From an uncultured cyanobacterium (GTDB taxonomy: Bacteria; Cyanobacteriota; Cyanobacteriia; Cyanobacteriales; Microcystaceae), in the NCBI GenBank assembly GCA_963807635.1, contig CAWEDJ010000039.1, forward strand, positions 1-64,000: a stretch of DNA of 64,000 bases, written 5' to 3'. The position numbers and the translations under genes were made by a program. Under the pieces are notes generated by a model that worked only from the letters and a program-made list of their open reading frames with translations, was not told where the DNA came from and ran no database searches. Of this stretch, positions 25,508-38,401 are shown piece after piece (the stretch's first letter is position 1; every line of letters starts with the position of its first letter).

Positions 25508-27729
25508 ATGATGAAACTGGAACGACGCAGATTTTTACAAGGGTTACTGATATTGGGAATCAGCCCATCAGCACTCTTGAGGTTGCCCTTATTTCCATCG
25601 ATTAGCGGCTATCAATCGGCTTTAGCAGCGACGAATTCCCGAAAACTGGCTCTTTTAGTTGGCATTAATCGATATTCTCCCCTTAATACCCATAATATCG
25701 ACAGCAATTCTCCCTATCTGGATTTACAGGGGTGTCTGACTGATGTGGAGTTACAACGGGAGTTATTAATAGAACGCTACGGTTTTCAGGCTACGGATAT
25801 TTTGACTTTAACCGATGCCCAGGCAACCCGCGAAAATATTGAAAACGCTTTTATAGAGCATTTGGTGAACCAGGCTCAGGCGGGGGATGGGGTGGTTTTT
25901 CATTTTAGTGGTTATGGAAGTCGGATTAAAATTCCATCTTTGTCTGGGTCAACTGCTTTATCTGCTTCTTCTGAAGAAATGCTCGGATTTTTGCCCAGTG
26001 ATGGCCTGACTTCGGAACAGATCCGTAATGACCTGTTGCAAGAAAGTCTCTTTCTATTAGCGCGATCGCTGAGGACGGATCAGTTCACAATGGTCTTAGA
26101 TTGCAGTCATGGTGAGACTAATTCACCGTTTCAAGGAAATTTACGGACTCGTTCCTGTTTGATCCCCGCAGATTCCCCTTCACCCAGGAAATAGACTTTC
26201 AATCCCAAATTGCGACCTTAGCGAAAACCTTGGGCAAAAAAACTAAAGCTGATCCACCAGGGATGACGTTAACGGCGACTAGTCCCCAAAAAGTTGCAGT
26301 AGAATTTCTGGGAGACGGCTTTAGTGCGGGGTTGTTTTCCTATTGCTTGACTCAATATCTCTGGCAAATTACCCCTACTCGTCGAGGGATTACCGTGTTT
26401 AATCAGGTGGAAGAAGCGATCGCCCCTGACCTGGGAAAATACCAGCAACCCCAGGCTTTTTTGGGTAAAAATACATCATCACCCATCTATGGAATCCCAT
26501 CCCCATTTGTCCAGGCATCAGAAGCCGTTATTGAGAAAATCCTCGAACCTGCTAGTTCTAAGTTAGTAGCTATCAGATTTACTGGTGTTTCTCCCTTGGT
26601 ATTGGCGCATGGAGTGCTGAATTCCTGTTTTCGGGTGATTACCGATGGAAATGCTGACTCTAGCGGAGACATTCTTTTGCAGGTGGCCGAACAAACGGGA
26701 CGTAGGGCTAAGGCATTGGTCTTAAATGCCCAGGTTACTCTCTCAGGGAAAGAACCGCTAGAAGAAAGTATTCGTTCCATTCCCCGACATTTAGGCTTAA
26801 TAGTCGCCCTGGATAGTCAATTTGACCGTATTGAACGGGTTGATGCTACCAGTGCTTTTTCGGCGATCGCGACGGTGACAGGGGTAATTAATGCGGGAGA
26901 ACAGTCTGCCGATTGTGTGTTGGGCAAAAAGGCAGGAGGCTATGGATTATTCACTGAAGGCGGGCGTTTGTTGTTCAGTGCGGGAAAGGGGAATATTGAG
27001 GCGATTAAATCGATCATTGGCAAACTCACTCCCAAATTAGAACAGGTCTTAGCTAAAAAATGGTGGGATTTAACCAATAATGAACATTCATCCCATTTAG
27101 GACTACGGGCAACCCTAGCAGTTTTACAAGATTCCAAGGCGATCGCCGTGCTGACAAAAGAAACAGGTCGCTATGATTTTTCGGCTAATTCTGCCCCTGG
27201 GATCCAACCTACACCCATAAAATCCCCTGAAACGCTAGGATTAGTCTCGATCGCGTCAGGGAGTCTCCTCCAATATCGTTTAGAAAATTATCAGGATCAA
27301 CCCCTTTATTTTGTGATTTTAGGTATTGATGCCAATGGAAAAGCGATCGCGTGGTACCCAGGGGAGCAACCCGAAAGCATTCCCCCCCAACAATTCCAGA
27401 TGATCCCCGATCCTAGTAGCTCGATTAGTTGGCGTGTCCCTAGTAACGGGGGGTTGACTCAAATGCAAGTGATTGCCTCCCTCCATCCATTTCAGCAGTT
27501 TTGGGAAACTCTAGGGGAAAATTTGCCCAATCTAACTTCCCCCGATGTCACCCGCCATCCCGCTCAAATTCTAGAAATCAAAAATCCCCTTGCGATCGCC
27601 CAATCCCTTTTAGAGGATTTACACAGAAATAGTGCGGTTTCTAGTACCATGATTAACAACACTGCCGACTACTATGCCTTGGAAATGACGACCTGGGCGA
27701 CCTTAAACTTTATCTATCAGGTCATTTAA
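25508..27729 (+). CDS. Tat-signal pseudo-orthocaspase (peptidase C14 fold + DUF4384-like region); apparent frameshift ~26186
   Basis: ERRRFLQ Tat motif, RKLALLVGINRY, LQGCLTDVELQRELL, HFSGYGS (Tyr for catalytic His), VLDCSH (Ser at catalytic Cys position). Confidence 0.82.
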
Positions 27730-27937
27730 AAACTTTTTAGGATAAAGCAATCAGAATCTGAATATTAAAACCTGTGGTTGTAAACGTCTGTGGTTGCTAA
27801 ACTTGAGAGATTCGTTGAGAAGAGTGTTTCTTCTTTTGAGATCCGTTACCTTTTAATCAATTAAGCTATCGGCTGATTACTTTTTCTGCTTTTTCATTTC
27901 CTTTTGGTATTATTGAATTTCTTTTTATTCTTTTTTT

Positions 27938-29557
27938 ATGAACTCCCTTCCCCTTTCGACTCAACAACGTCTCAAAAAAATTCCTCAAATTCCGAGTGTT
28001 TGGGAAGGCGATCGCCGTCCTCTCAGTGGAATGCAAAAGGGACTTGAAGTCGATGATGATGCTAAGGGAGATTGTATTCTCTGGGTGGATGGTTCGGAAG
28101 GTTTTGTGCGTTCAATGGATATTGTTTCCCCCGAAATGGGACTTGAAGCGGTCGTGCGTACCCTCCTAAAGGCGATCGAAAATCCCCATAGCCCTGCCAA
28201 ACCAGCCCGCCCCCAAAAGATTATTGTCCGCAACCGAGAAATTCAATTTTTTTTGCGGGGAGCCTTACAAAGCCTAGATATCAATATTGACTATGTTCCC
28301 GAATTACCCCTCATTGATGAACTCTTTCGGAGTTTTGAGTCGATGGGGAGCAATAAACCCCCTTCCGTTCCCAGTTTTTATGAACGCCCCCTCAAACAGA
28401 CCAGTCATGACCTTTGGATGAGCGCACCTTGGGATTTATTAGCAGACCACGAAATCATTGCCATAGAACTAGAAGGTTGGGAAACGAGTCCTATTTATGC
28501 CTGCGTGATGGGGATGTTAGGGCAGGAATATGGCGTGATCCTCTACCGTTCCCTCGACTCCTTAAAACAGTTCCGACTGGCCGTTATTGAGGACTCAGCT
28601 CCCCACCAACTCGAAAAAGTCTTTTTGTCCCAGGATTGTTGGTTCCTCAACTACAAGGCGATCAATGAAGAAGACTTTGATGAAGAGGATTTGGATTTAG
28701 AAGAGCTAGATGCGGATGAAGTAGAGTCTGTTATGGGAAGTATCCATCCCCTGGAAGGCATTCGTCCCTTTTTAGATGAAGAGGAAGCCAAAACGATCTA
28801 TTACGCCCTACAAGCCTTAATCCGTTTTGTTAATGAGCATCAGCAGGAACTTTCTCAAGATCCCATCGACACGGCCAGTAAACAGTATCAGCTACCCGTT
28901 ATCGCTAAGTCTCTAAATAAGAGCAAGGAGAAAATTAATGTCAAGGTTTCTACTCTGCCTGAGTTAGCTCAAGAATTTCTTGATTTGATGGAGGAGGACG
29001 ATGATGATGACGATGATTTTTCCCTGAGTAATGATCTCATTCCCGACAATTCTTTCCTAAGTTTGGGAATGATTCCCTGGGATGCGATCGCCACTCTACG
29101 GAAACAAAGAAAAACCGAATATCCTTCCCAAGAAGCCGTTGAAAATGGGGATGGATTACCCGTTGTGGTTGTTCAAACCACCCGTGCCAAGGCGAAAGAA
29201 ATGATTGACCTACTGCGATCGGAAGGGGGAGTCAAGGGCATTTATTTTAATCCAGGGGAAGATCCCTGGTCAGAGGATGAATACGAATTGGGAATTTTAC
29301 AAACCGAAGCTGGGAATCTCCATGTTTTTGGGGAATTTTTGGAGGAAAATACTGCTCACCAAAAAGCTCGTCAAAAATGGAACTCTCGTTGTAAAGAAAC
29401 CAAAGGTTATTGCGGTATTTTAATTGCAATGGGTGTAACAGGAAATTCTCGTGGGAACCCGAAGCTCACGGATATTTTAGCTGTTTTTGAAAGTAAATTT
29501 TTGGACGCGAAGGCTTTAAAATTAGGGGTTTTGCAATTGACCTCTCAATTTGAATAG
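27938..29557 (+). CDS. Conserved cyanobacterial acidic protein (possibly DUF6930-like)
   Basis: 539 aa ORF with IPSVWEGDRRPL, GMLGQEYGVILYRS motifs; host-like HIP1 content. Confidence 0.6.
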   Translation: MNSLPLSTQQRLKKIPQIPSVWEGDRRPLSGMQKGLEVDDDAKGDCILWVDGSEGFVRSMDIVSPEMGLEAVVRTLLKAIENPHSPAKPARPQKIIVRNREIQFFLRGALQSLDINIDYVPELPLIDELFRSFESMGSNKPPSVPSFYERPLKQTSHDLWMSAPWDLLADHEIIAIELEGWETSPIYACVMGMLGQEYGVILYRSLDSLKQFRLAVIEDSAPHQLEKVFLSQDCWFLNYKAINEEDFDEEDLDLEELDADEVESVMGSIHPLEGIRPFLDEEEAKTIYYALQALIRFVNEHQQELSQDPIDTASKQYQLPVIAKSLNKSKEKINVKVSTLPELAQEFLDLMEEDDDDDDDFSLSNDLIPDNSFLSLGMIPWDAIATLRKQRKTEYPSQEAVENGDGLPVVVVQTTRAKAKEMIDLLRSEGGVKGIYFNPGEDPWSEDEYELGILQTEAGNLHVFGEFLEENTAHQKARQKWNSRCKETKGYCGILIAMGVTGNSRGNPKLTDILAVFESKFLDAKALKLGVLQLTSQFE

Positions 29558-29614
29558 GTCAGAGGATTAGCTAAATTCCGTAAAATATAGGCTTTTGCTT
29601 CTGGTCTCTATCTA

Positions 29615-31263
29615 GAGCTTGCTGAAAAAAGCTGAAAGCCTTATAAGAAAAGAGATGAGGGGATTTAGAGAGCAAAAAAAGTGCAAAAAAAAGGTCTAAA
29701 ATGAGTGAAAAGGCTTGCACCCCTCCCCTTCCAGAGCATTGAACGATGTACCCCAAAAAAGAATCCGAAAAATCGACTGTTGAAAACTTCAAAATACCAA
29801 GTGAGTGGAAGCCAAAAGAAGAAAATCGTTGGGTAATCATGTCAAAAATCATTCCGTGGGAGGAATTTGAAGAAGAATATGCAAAACAATTTTCAGAAAA
29901 TAAAGGAGCGATAGCCAAACCATTTAGGATGGCATTAGGGTCATTAATAATAAAAGAAATATTGAGAATAAGTGACAGAGAAACAGTAGAACAAATAAAA
30001 GAAAACCCTTACTTACAATATTTTATAGGACTAGAAGTATATGAAAATGAGGAGGCATTTGATGCGTCACTGTTAGTACATTTCCGTCAAAGAATAGGAA
30101 TGGACTTGGTGAATCAAATAAATAAAGCAATGGTAAAAAAAGAAGAAGAAATATCATCAGAAGTAAAAGAAAAAAGTGAAGGGGAAAATCAGAATAGAGG
30201 AAAGCTATTAATAGATGCAACCTGTGCACCAGCAGACATCAAATATCCAACAGATATAGGAATCTTGAATGAAGCAAGAGAAAAAACCGAAAAAATAATA
30301 GACAACTTGTATAAAAAAACTAAAAAAAAGGAAAAAAACCAAGAACCTATAGAATAAGAGCCAGAAAAGATTACTTAAAATTGTCAAAAAAACGCCGTCC
30401 GTCGAGAAAAGAAAGGAGAAAGGGCATAAAAAAACAAATCCAATATATCAAAAGAAACCTTTCCCATATAGAAAAATTAAGAGAAGATAAAGAGGTCGCG
30501 AAATTAAGTAAAAAAGACGAAAAGATACTGTCGATAATAGAAAAAGCCTATGAGCAACAAGTAGAAATGTATGAAAATAAAGAAAATAAGGTAGAAAATA
30601 GAATTGTGAGTTTGACTCAACCTCATGTTCGTCCCATTGTTAGAGGAAAAGCGGGAACGCCAGTAGAGTTTGGTGCAAAACTATCAGCAAGTTATGTGAA
30701 TGGATATCTTTATTTATACCGATTAAGTTGGGATAATTATAATGAATCAGGCGACTTCAAAGGACAAATAGAAGAGTTTAAACGTGAGACAGGCTACTAT
30801 CCCCAGTCTGTTCATGCTGATGCAATCTATCGCACAAGGGAAAGTCGCGCTTTTTGTAAGGAGAAGGGAATTCGATTGAGTGGCCCACCCTTGGGAAGAC
30901 GACCCACAAATATTAGTCCAGAAAAAAAGAAAGAAGCTCTTCAAGATGAAAGAGACCGTAATGCTATTGAAGGCAAATTTGGTCAAGCAAAGAGACGATT
31001 TAGCCTCAATCGAGTTATGACAAAACTTCCTGATACCTCTGAAACCGCTATTGCTATCACCTTTTTAGTCATCAATCTTTTTGCCCTGCTTCGGCAGGTT
31101 TTACGTTTTTTTTGTCTTTTTCGGAAGAAGAGATTATTTCTCCGTCTTTTTATTAATTCAGCTTATGTTTTGTGTTGATAAAATATTCAATACTTATGTT
31201 TTACTCTCCTTAGATTCATAAATTAATGCCCTCTCCCTGTTTTTTGACTTTTTCAGCAAGCCC
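29615..31263 (+). mobile_element. IS5-family IS, copy 1 (transposase 29746-31178, 1-nt shorter A-run ~30325)
   Basis: TIRs gagcttgctgaaaaa / tttttcagcaagccc with TA flanks; LIDATCAPADI, VRPIVRGKA..VEFGAK, IEGKFGQAKR. Confidence 0.92.
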
Positions 31264-31346
31264 TAAATAAGTACAAGGGAGCCGTCAAAAATCCCATACA
31301 GTTGATAATCATTGCTTTCACTACCTGACCTGCGCTCACTTTTTTT
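31264..31346 (-). pseudogene. IS1634-family transposase internal fragment
   Basis: Minus strand translates KVSAGQVVKAMIINCMGFLTAPLYLF, resembling the IS1634 N-terminal region. Confidence 0.65.
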
Positions 31347-31707
31347 CTACCTGTAAATAATTAGTTGATGATTAGGTAAAATGAAGAGAAAACAAAAAAA
31401 CAGATTGTCTTAAAAAAAGGAGTAAAAAGGATGAAAGTGACGGTAGAATTCGTGATTCGTAACGAAATGGGAAATATTCTCAGCCAAAACAGCCCATTTG
31501 CAATGGAAATAGGAACCCAAAGCTTACATGACATAGAAGGAGGTGTAGAACAGATGAAACAGAAAGTATTGCCTGAAATAGAGGCAGCCTTACTGGCGCA
31601 GGCACAAAACGAGTTCACGGAAAAAGTAAAAAAAACTAAACTTGTGGTGTAATGGTACGAGAAAAATCTGTATAAAAACATTACACGGTCAGTTTGAGTT
31701 TTACTTA
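31347..31707 (+). mobile_element. Truncated ISKra4/ISLre2-like element (left end, ORF1, start of ORF2)
   Basis: Near-identical to the reverse complement of 50722-51082; starts with ctacctgtaaataattagttgatgatta; cut off at IS5 copy 2. Confidence 0.88.
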
Positions 31708-33357
31708 GAGCTTGCTGAAAAAAGCTGAAAGCCTTATAAGAAAAGAGATGAGGGGATTTAGAGAGCAAAAAAAGTGCAAAAAAAAGGTCTAAAATGAGTG
31801 AAAAGGCTTGCACCCCTCCCCTTCCAGAGCATTGAACGATGTACCCCAAAAAAGAATCCGAAAAATCGACTGTTGAAAACTTCAAAATACCAAGTGAGTG
31901 GAAGCCAAAAGAAGAAAATCGTTGGGTAATCATGTCAAAAATAATTCCGTGGGAGGAATTTGAAGAAGAATATGCAAAACAATTTTCAGAAAATAAAGGA
32001 GCGACAGCCAAACCATTTAGGATGGCATTAGGGTCATTAATAATAAAAGAAATATTGAGAATAAGTGACCGAGAAACAGTAGAACAAATAAAAGAAAACC
32101 CTTACTTACAATATTTTATAGGACTAGAAGTATATGAAAATGAGGAGGCATTTGATGCGTCACTGTTAGTACATTTCCGTCAAAGAATAGGAATGGACTT
32201 GGTGAATCAAATAAATAAAGCAATGGTAAAAAAAGAAGAAGAAATATTATCAGAAGTAAAAGAAAAAAGTGAAGGGGAAAATCAGAATAGAGGAAAGCTA
32301 TTAATAGATGCAACCTGTGCACCAGCAGACATCAAATATCCAACAGATATAGGAATCTTGAATGAGGCAAGAGAAAAAACCGAAAAAATAATAGACAACT
32401 TGTATAAAAAAACTAAAAAAAAAGGAAAAAAACCAAGAACCTATAGAATAAGAGCCAGAAAAGATTACTTAAAATTGTCAAAAAAACGCCGTCCGTCGAG
32501 AAAAGAAAGGAGAAAGGGCATAAAAAAACAAATCCAATATATCAAAAGAAACCTTTCCCATATAGAAAAATTAAGAGAAGATAAAGAGGTCGCAAAATTA
32601 AGTAAAAAAGACGAAAAGATACTGTCGATAATACAAAAAGCCTATGAGCAACAAGTAGGAATGTATGAAAATAAAGAAAATAAGGTAGAAAATAGAATTG
32701 TGAGTTTGACTCAACCTCATGTTCGTCCCATTGTTAGAGGAAAAGCGGGAACGCCAGTAGAGTTTGGTGCAAAACTATCAGCAAGTTATGTGAATGGATA
32801 TCTTTATTTATACCGATTAAGTTGGGATAATTATAATGAATCAGGCGACTTCAAAGGACAAATAGAAGAGTTTAAACGTGAGACAGGCTACTATCCCCAG
32901 TCTGTTCATGCTGATGCAATCTATCGCACAAGGGAAAATCGCGCTTTTTGTAAGGAGAAGGGAATTCGATTGAGTGGCCCACCCTTGGGAAGACGACCCA
33001 CAAATATTAGTCCAGAAAAAAAGAAAGAAGCTCTTCAAGATGAAAGAGACCGTAATGCTATTGAAGGCAAATTTGGTCAAGCAAAGAGACGATTTAGCCT
33101 CAATCGAGTTATGACAAAACTTCCTGATACCTCTGAAACCGCTATTGCTATCACCTTTTTAGTCATCAATCTTTTTGCCCTGCTTCGGCAGGTTTTACGT
33201 TTTTTTTGTCTTTTTCGGAAGAAGAGCTTATTTTTCTGCCCTCTTATTAGCCCAGCTTATGCTTTGTGTTGACAATTCATTTAACCCTTATGTTTTACTC
33301 GCCTTAAATTCATAAATTAATCCCCTCTTCCTGTTTTTTGACTTTTTCAGCAAGCCC
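31708..33357 (+). mobile_element. IS5-family IS, copy 2 with intact transposase (31839-33272, 477 aa)
   Basis: Same TIRs as copy 1; full-length DDE ORF. Confidence 0.93.
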
Positions 33358-33554
33358 TATCTATACCGCTTTGTTCCATCCTCGAAAATTAGACAATGAA
33401 AAGATGGCAGGAACCAATCCCGCCAATCCTTTAGGATCTCAATCAAGGTAAGATTTTGTGCAGAAAAAATGAAAGGAATCAGAATATTTGCCTTGAAATT
33501 TTAGCCATCATTCTTAATAGCAAAACAACAAGTGTTTTAGCGGAGTATTCTTAA

Positions 33555-34968
33555 TCAAAATAAGGTTGTCGAACTACTCTTAGAAAACTCTTCTCCATAG
33601 CCCTCTTCTCCATGTTCACTGATATCCATGCCCTGGAGTTCATCACCAGGCTTGATCCGCAGACCCCAAATTGCATCGACAATTTTCAGGATAATATACG
33701 TCCCCAAACAGGCCCATATAATCGTGATTCCAACTCCTCCAATTTGAATCAGTAATTGAAAAGGATTGCCTGCGATTAAGCCTTCTTTTCCTGCGCTATT
33801 AACGGTTGTTGTGGCAAAAATCCCTGTGAGAATTGCACCCACTGCACCACCCACTCCATGAACGGGAAATGTATCCAGGCTATCATCAATACCGAGTTGA
33901 ATTTTGAGGGTAATCGCAAAAAAACAGCAAACTGAGGCGATTATGCCAATCACAAGAGCCGACATCGGAGTGACAAAACCCGCTCCAGGGGTAACACCGA
34001 CTAAGCCGACAACGACCCCCGTAGCAGCTCCCACAGTGGTGGGTTTTCCTCTTAAAAATTGTTCTAATAAGAGCCAAGTTAACATGGCGGATGCTGCACT
34101 AGTATTCGTCGCCACAAAAGCACTGGTTGCTAAGGCTCCAGAAGAAAGTGCGCTACCTGCATTAAAACCGAACCAACCATACCAGAGTAATCCTGAGCCT
34201 AGCAAAATAAATGGTATGTTATGGGGCGCGGAAATTTGATTCGGGTAGGCCCTACGGGGCAATGACGATCGCAGCAACCAGAGCAGAAAAACCTGAAGCA
34301 GTATGAACAACTGTTCCACCTGCAAAATCTAGAGTGTTGATACCGCCATTTACCCCTAAGAAACCGCCTTTTCCCCAAACCATGTGGGCCATAGGACAGT
34401 AAACAAAAATTAACCAGAGAACCAGAAATAAACAATAGGATCTGAAGGGAACTCGTTCGACGATCGCCCCTGAAATCAGGGCAGGGGTAATAATGGCAAA
34501 CATTGCCTGGTAGATCATGAAAGTTTGATGGGGGATGGTGGGGGCATAGGAGACCATTTCATCAGGTAAACTTCCCTGGAGATATCCTGTGGTTTCTAGC
34601 CCTACTCCATTTAAAAAAGCCCACTGTATGCCGCCAATCACGGGAAATCCAGGAGCAAAAGCTAAACTATAACCCACTAAAACCCAAGTGACTGCCACAA
34701 TTCCCAAGGCAATAAAACTCATCATCAAGGTGTTGAGTACATTTTTCTTGGCAACAAATCCACCATAAAAAAAAGCGAGTCCCACTGTCATTAACAAAAC
34801 GAGTCCACTGGAATTGAGCATAAAACCAGTGTCTGCCGAGATTTGAGCCGTCATAGCGTCTGTTTCAGCGAATGCCTGTGCCACTGGAAGCGTTAGAAAT
34901 GCCCCCAGGCTCAGTATGGCGATCGCTAAGTTTTTCCGAAATCCTGACATTATAAATAACCTCCCCAC
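33555..34968 (-). CDS. amt: Ammonium transporter (apparent frameshift ~34258)
   Basis: GLAFFYGG, FAIITPALISGAIVER, DFAGGTVVH, LLWYGWFGFNAGS, DDSLDTFPVHGVGG, GMDISEHGEEGY. Confidence 0.93.
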
Positions 34969-35209
34969 AAAATAAAGGATTGATGCCGTAGTACCATTAA
35001 GATTTCATCAAGTTTACTCAGATCTTTTTGTCTTCTAGATCACGAATAGAGCATCAATTCGTTCTAAATTTTGCAGAACAACAACTATTTTATGAGAGAT
35101 TTTTTCAAGATCGTTTTTTCGCGAATGAGTCTTTTCATCTCCATTTTCTGACGCAACTGTGGCAAAATGGGCATAGATATTAACCCGAAACTGATCTATC
35201 ATCCTTCCC

Positions 35210-37930
35210 ATGACTGCCAACCTTCCCCCCCAATACGACCCAACTCTTACTGAATCAAAATGGCAAGCCGCGTGGGAAAAAGAACAGGTTTTCAAAGCCG
35301 ATCCAGACCACCAGGGAGAACCCTATTGCATCGTTATTCCCCCTCCCAATGTGACGGGAAGCTTGCACATGGGTCACGCCTTTGAGAGTGCCTTAATTGA
35401 TACTCTGATTCGTTACCACCGTATGAAGGGCGACAATACCCTGTGGTTGCCTGGTACCGATCATGCCAGCATTGCCGTACAAACAATTCTCGAAAAACAA
35501 CTCAAGGCAGAAGGCAAAAATCGGGATGATTTGGGACGGGAAAAATTTTTAGAACGAGCTTGGCAATGGAAAGAAGAATCGGGCGGAACCATTGTTAATC
35601 AACTGCGATCGCTGGGTGTATCAGTCGATTGGTCACGGGAACGGTTTACCTTGGATGAGGGGCTTTCTCATTCAGTAAAAACCGCCTTTATTCAACTCTA
35701 TGAAGAAGGATTGATTTATCGGGGTAATTATTTAGTCAATTGGTGTCCGTCTTCCCAGTCGGCGGTGTCGGATTTGGAAATCGAAAATGAAGAAGTGAAT
35801 GGCCATCTCTGGTATTTGCGCTATCCCTTAACTGATGGTACGGGGGAACTGGTTGTGGCGACGACTCGACCTGAAACCATGCTAGGCGATACGGGGGTTG
35901 CGGTTAATCCGAACGATGAGCGTTATCAGGCTTTTATTGGAAAAACCGTTACTTTACCCATTGTGGGTCGTGAAATTCCGATTTTTGCTGATGAATTAGT
36001 TGATCCCGCCTTTGGAACGGGTTGCGTCAAAGTTACGCCCGCCCATGATCCCAATGATTTCGAGATGGGTAAACGTCATCAATTACCTTTTATTAATATT
36101 CTCAATAAAGACGGCACAGTAAACGAAAATGGCGGAATTTTCGCAGGACAAGATCGTTTTGATGTGCGAAAAAATTTGGTTAAAACCCTTGATGACACAG
36201 GATTTTTGGTTAAAGTCGAAGATTACAAACATACCGTTCCCTACAGCGATCGCGGAAAAGTTCCCGTTGAGCCTTTATTGTCAACGCAATGGTTTGTCAA
36301 AATTGAACCGTTAGCGAGTAAGGCCTTGCAATGTTTAGATCAAGAAAATTCTCCTCGCTTTGTTCCCGAACGCTGGTCAAAAGTTTATCGAGATTGGTTA
36401 ATTAAGCTCAAAGATTGGTGTATTTCCCGTCAATTGTGGTGGGGACATCAAATTCCCGCTTGGTACGTGGTCAGTGAAACCGAGGGACAAATTACCGACC
36501 ACACACCTTTTATTGTGGCGAATAGTGAGTTTGAAGCCTTAGAACAAGCCAAAGCAAAATATGGCGATCGCTGTCAATTAGAACAAGATCCTGATGTTTT
36601 AGATACCTGGTTTTCGTCGGGACTGTGGCCTTTTTCTACAATGGGTTGGCCTGATGAAACGAAAGACTTAGCAACCTATTATCCCAATGCAACCTTGGTA
36701 ACAGGCTTTGATATTATCTTTTTCTGGGTCGCGCGGATGACCATGATGGCGGGTCATTTTACAGGCGAGATGCCCTTTAAGGATGTCTATATTCATGGGT
36801 TAGTACGGGATGAAAAGGGCAAAAAAATGTCTAAATCGGCTAATAATGGCATTGATCCCCTGATTTTAATCCGTAAATATGGAACCGATGCCCTGCGTTA
36901 TACCCTCATTCGGGAAGTGGCGGGAGCGGGTCAGGATATTAGTCTGCAATATAGTCGTAAAACTGATGAATCGGAGTCGGTGGAAGCTTCTCGAAATTTT
37001 GCCAATAAACTCTGGAATGCTACCCGATTTGTGATGATGAATCTGGAGGAAAAAACGCCTGAGCAGTTGGGCAGTCCTAATTTAGCAGAATTGGAATTAG
37101 GCGATCGCTGGATTTTGTCCCGTTTAAATCAGGTGATTAAACAAACCAGGGAAAATCTGGAAACCTATGGATTAGGAGAAGCGGCTAAGGGTTTATACGA
37201 ATTTATTTGGGGTGATTTTTGTGATTGGTATATCGAGTTAATTAAACCCCGTCTTTGGAAAGAAAGTGGTGATCTTTCTCGTTTAGTGGCTCAACAAACA
37301 TTGGCTCAAGTATTAGAAAATATCTTGAAATTACTCCATCCTTTTATGCCCCACATTACCGAAGAATTGTGGCAGACTTTAACTCAAAAAGAAGGACAGT
37401 TTTTAGCATTACAAACCTATCCCCAGATTAACGCCGAACTGATTGATCCAAGCCTAGAAGAAACTTTTGTTAATTTAATTGAAACGATTCGCACCATTCG
37501 TAATCTGCGAGCCGAAGCGGAAATTAAACCAGGAATTAAAGCTTCCGTTATTCTTCAGAGTGCTAGTGAAAAAGAACGAGCAATGTTAGCCGCAGGGCAA
37601 AGCTATTTAGAAAATTTGGGGAAAGTCGAAGGTTTAACGATTACAGAAACCTTAGATAATGAAAATATTCAATGTATTGCAGGGGTCGTCGGTACAACTC
37701 AAGTACTCATTCCCCTATCAGGTTTGATTGATATTGGCACTCTAAAGGCTAAGCTAGAGAAAAAACTTGCTAAAATTGAAAAAGAAGCGGAATCTATTTC
37801 AAGCCGTTTAAATAATCCTACTTTTGTGGGTAAAGCTCCCGAATCGGTCATTGCAGGAGCTAAAGCAAATCTCGCCGAAGCCGAAACCCAAGCTGAAATT
37901 CTGCGATCGCGACTAAAAAGACTCCAATAA
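35210..37930 (+). CDS. valS: Valine--tRNA ligase
   Basis: [30 protein letters not shown]-terminal coiled coil. Confidence 0.98.
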   Translation: MTANLPPQYDPTLTESKWQAAWEKEQVFKADPDHQGEPYCIVIPPPNVTGSLHMGHAFESALIDTLIRYHRMKGDNTLWLPGTDHASIAVQTILEKQLKAEGKNRDDLGREKFLERAWQWKEESGGTIVNQLRSLGVSVDWSRERFTLDEGLSHSVKTAFIQLYEEGLIYRGNYLVNWCPSSQSAVSDLEIENEEVNGHLWYLRYPLTDGTGELVVATTRPETMLGDTGVAVNPNDERYQAFIGKTVTLPIVGREIPIFADELVDPAFGTGCVKVTPAHDPNDFEMGKRHQLPFINILNKDGTVNENGGIFAGQDRFDVRKNLVKTLDDTGFLVKVEDYKHTVPYSDRGKVPVEPLLSTQWFVKIEPLASKALQCLDQENSPRFVPERWSKVYRDWLIKLKDWCISRQLWWGHQIPAWYVVSETEGQITDHTPFIVANSEFEALEQAKAKYGDRCQLEQDPDVLDTWFSSGLWPFSTMGWPDETKDLATYYPNATLVTGFDIIFFWVARMTMMAGHFTGEMPFKDVYIHGLVRDEKGKKMSKSANNGIDPLILIRKYGTDALRYTLIREVAGAGQDISLQYSRKTDESESVEASRNFANKLWNATRFVMMNLEEKTPEQLGSPNLAELELGDRWILSRLNQVIKQTRENLETYGLGEAAKGLYEFIWGDFCDWYIELIKPRLWKESGDLSRLVAQQTLAQVLENILKLLHPFMPHITEELWQTLTQKEGQFLALQTYPQINAELIDPSLEETFVNLIETIRTIRNLRAEAEIKPGIKASVILQSASEKERAMLAAGQSYLENLGKVEGLTITETLDNENIQCIAGVVGTTQVLIPLSGLIDIGTLKAKLEKKLAKIEKEAESISSRLNNPTFVGKAPESVIAGAKANLAEAETQAEILRSRLKRLQ

Positions 37931-37980
37931 TCAAGACAATTTTTTTCATTAAATCATTAGCATTTTAAAGGTGCTTAGTT

Positions 37981-38394
37981 ATGCTGTACCTTGCACAAGT
38001 TACTAAAAATCCCTATTTAAGTGAACTAGAATTGCAATTGATTGTCAAAGAAACCCATGAGCATCTTTGGCAAAAAACTTCTGGCACTCTTTATATGGAG
38101 AATAGGGAAACCTTACAAAGGTTTAATGAGGGAGTATTGGTTTTAGTAGAAGTGGATGAAAACAAACAAATTTTGCAGATTAATAGTGCAACAAACTGGA
38201 TACTAGATATTGTTGAAGAATTTTTAAGTGAACTTAAATTAACACCTGAATTTATTCAACAAGAAGAAGCACGCATTGAACAAGCTCGTCAGGAAATAAC
38301 TTCAAAAAATTTAGATTTAACCCGTCGTCAATTGGAAATAGAAACCCAACGAGAACAGATTCAAGCCGTAGAATCCAGTCTTTCTAGATCTTAA
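37981..38394 (+). CDS. Coiled-coil hypothetical protein resembling the HmpF N-terminal region
   Basis: MLYLAQV...LQLIV...EGVLVLVEVD...EEARIEQARQEITSKNLDLTRRQLEIE. Confidence 0.5.
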   Translation: MLYLAQVTKNPYLSELELQLIVKETHEHLWQKTSGTLYMENRETLQRFNEGVLVLVEVDENKQILQINSATNWILDIVEEFLSELKLTPEFIQQEEARIEQARQEITSKNLDLTRRQLEIETQREQIQAVESSLSRS

Positions 38395-38401
38395 TCAATA
38401 T

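Noticed and set aside
29571..32011. Minus-strand ORFs 29571-29918 and 31361-32011
   Set aside because: Antisense to IS sequences and cross IS junctions
31130..33335. DGR-like template/variable repeat pair in the IS5 3' ends
   Set aside because: Mismatches go in both directions and are not adenine-restricted; no adjacent DGR reverse transcriptase
34970..35209. NtcA box upstream of amt
   Set aside because: No canonical GTA-N8-TAC found; only a weak GT-N10-AC near 35030-35043
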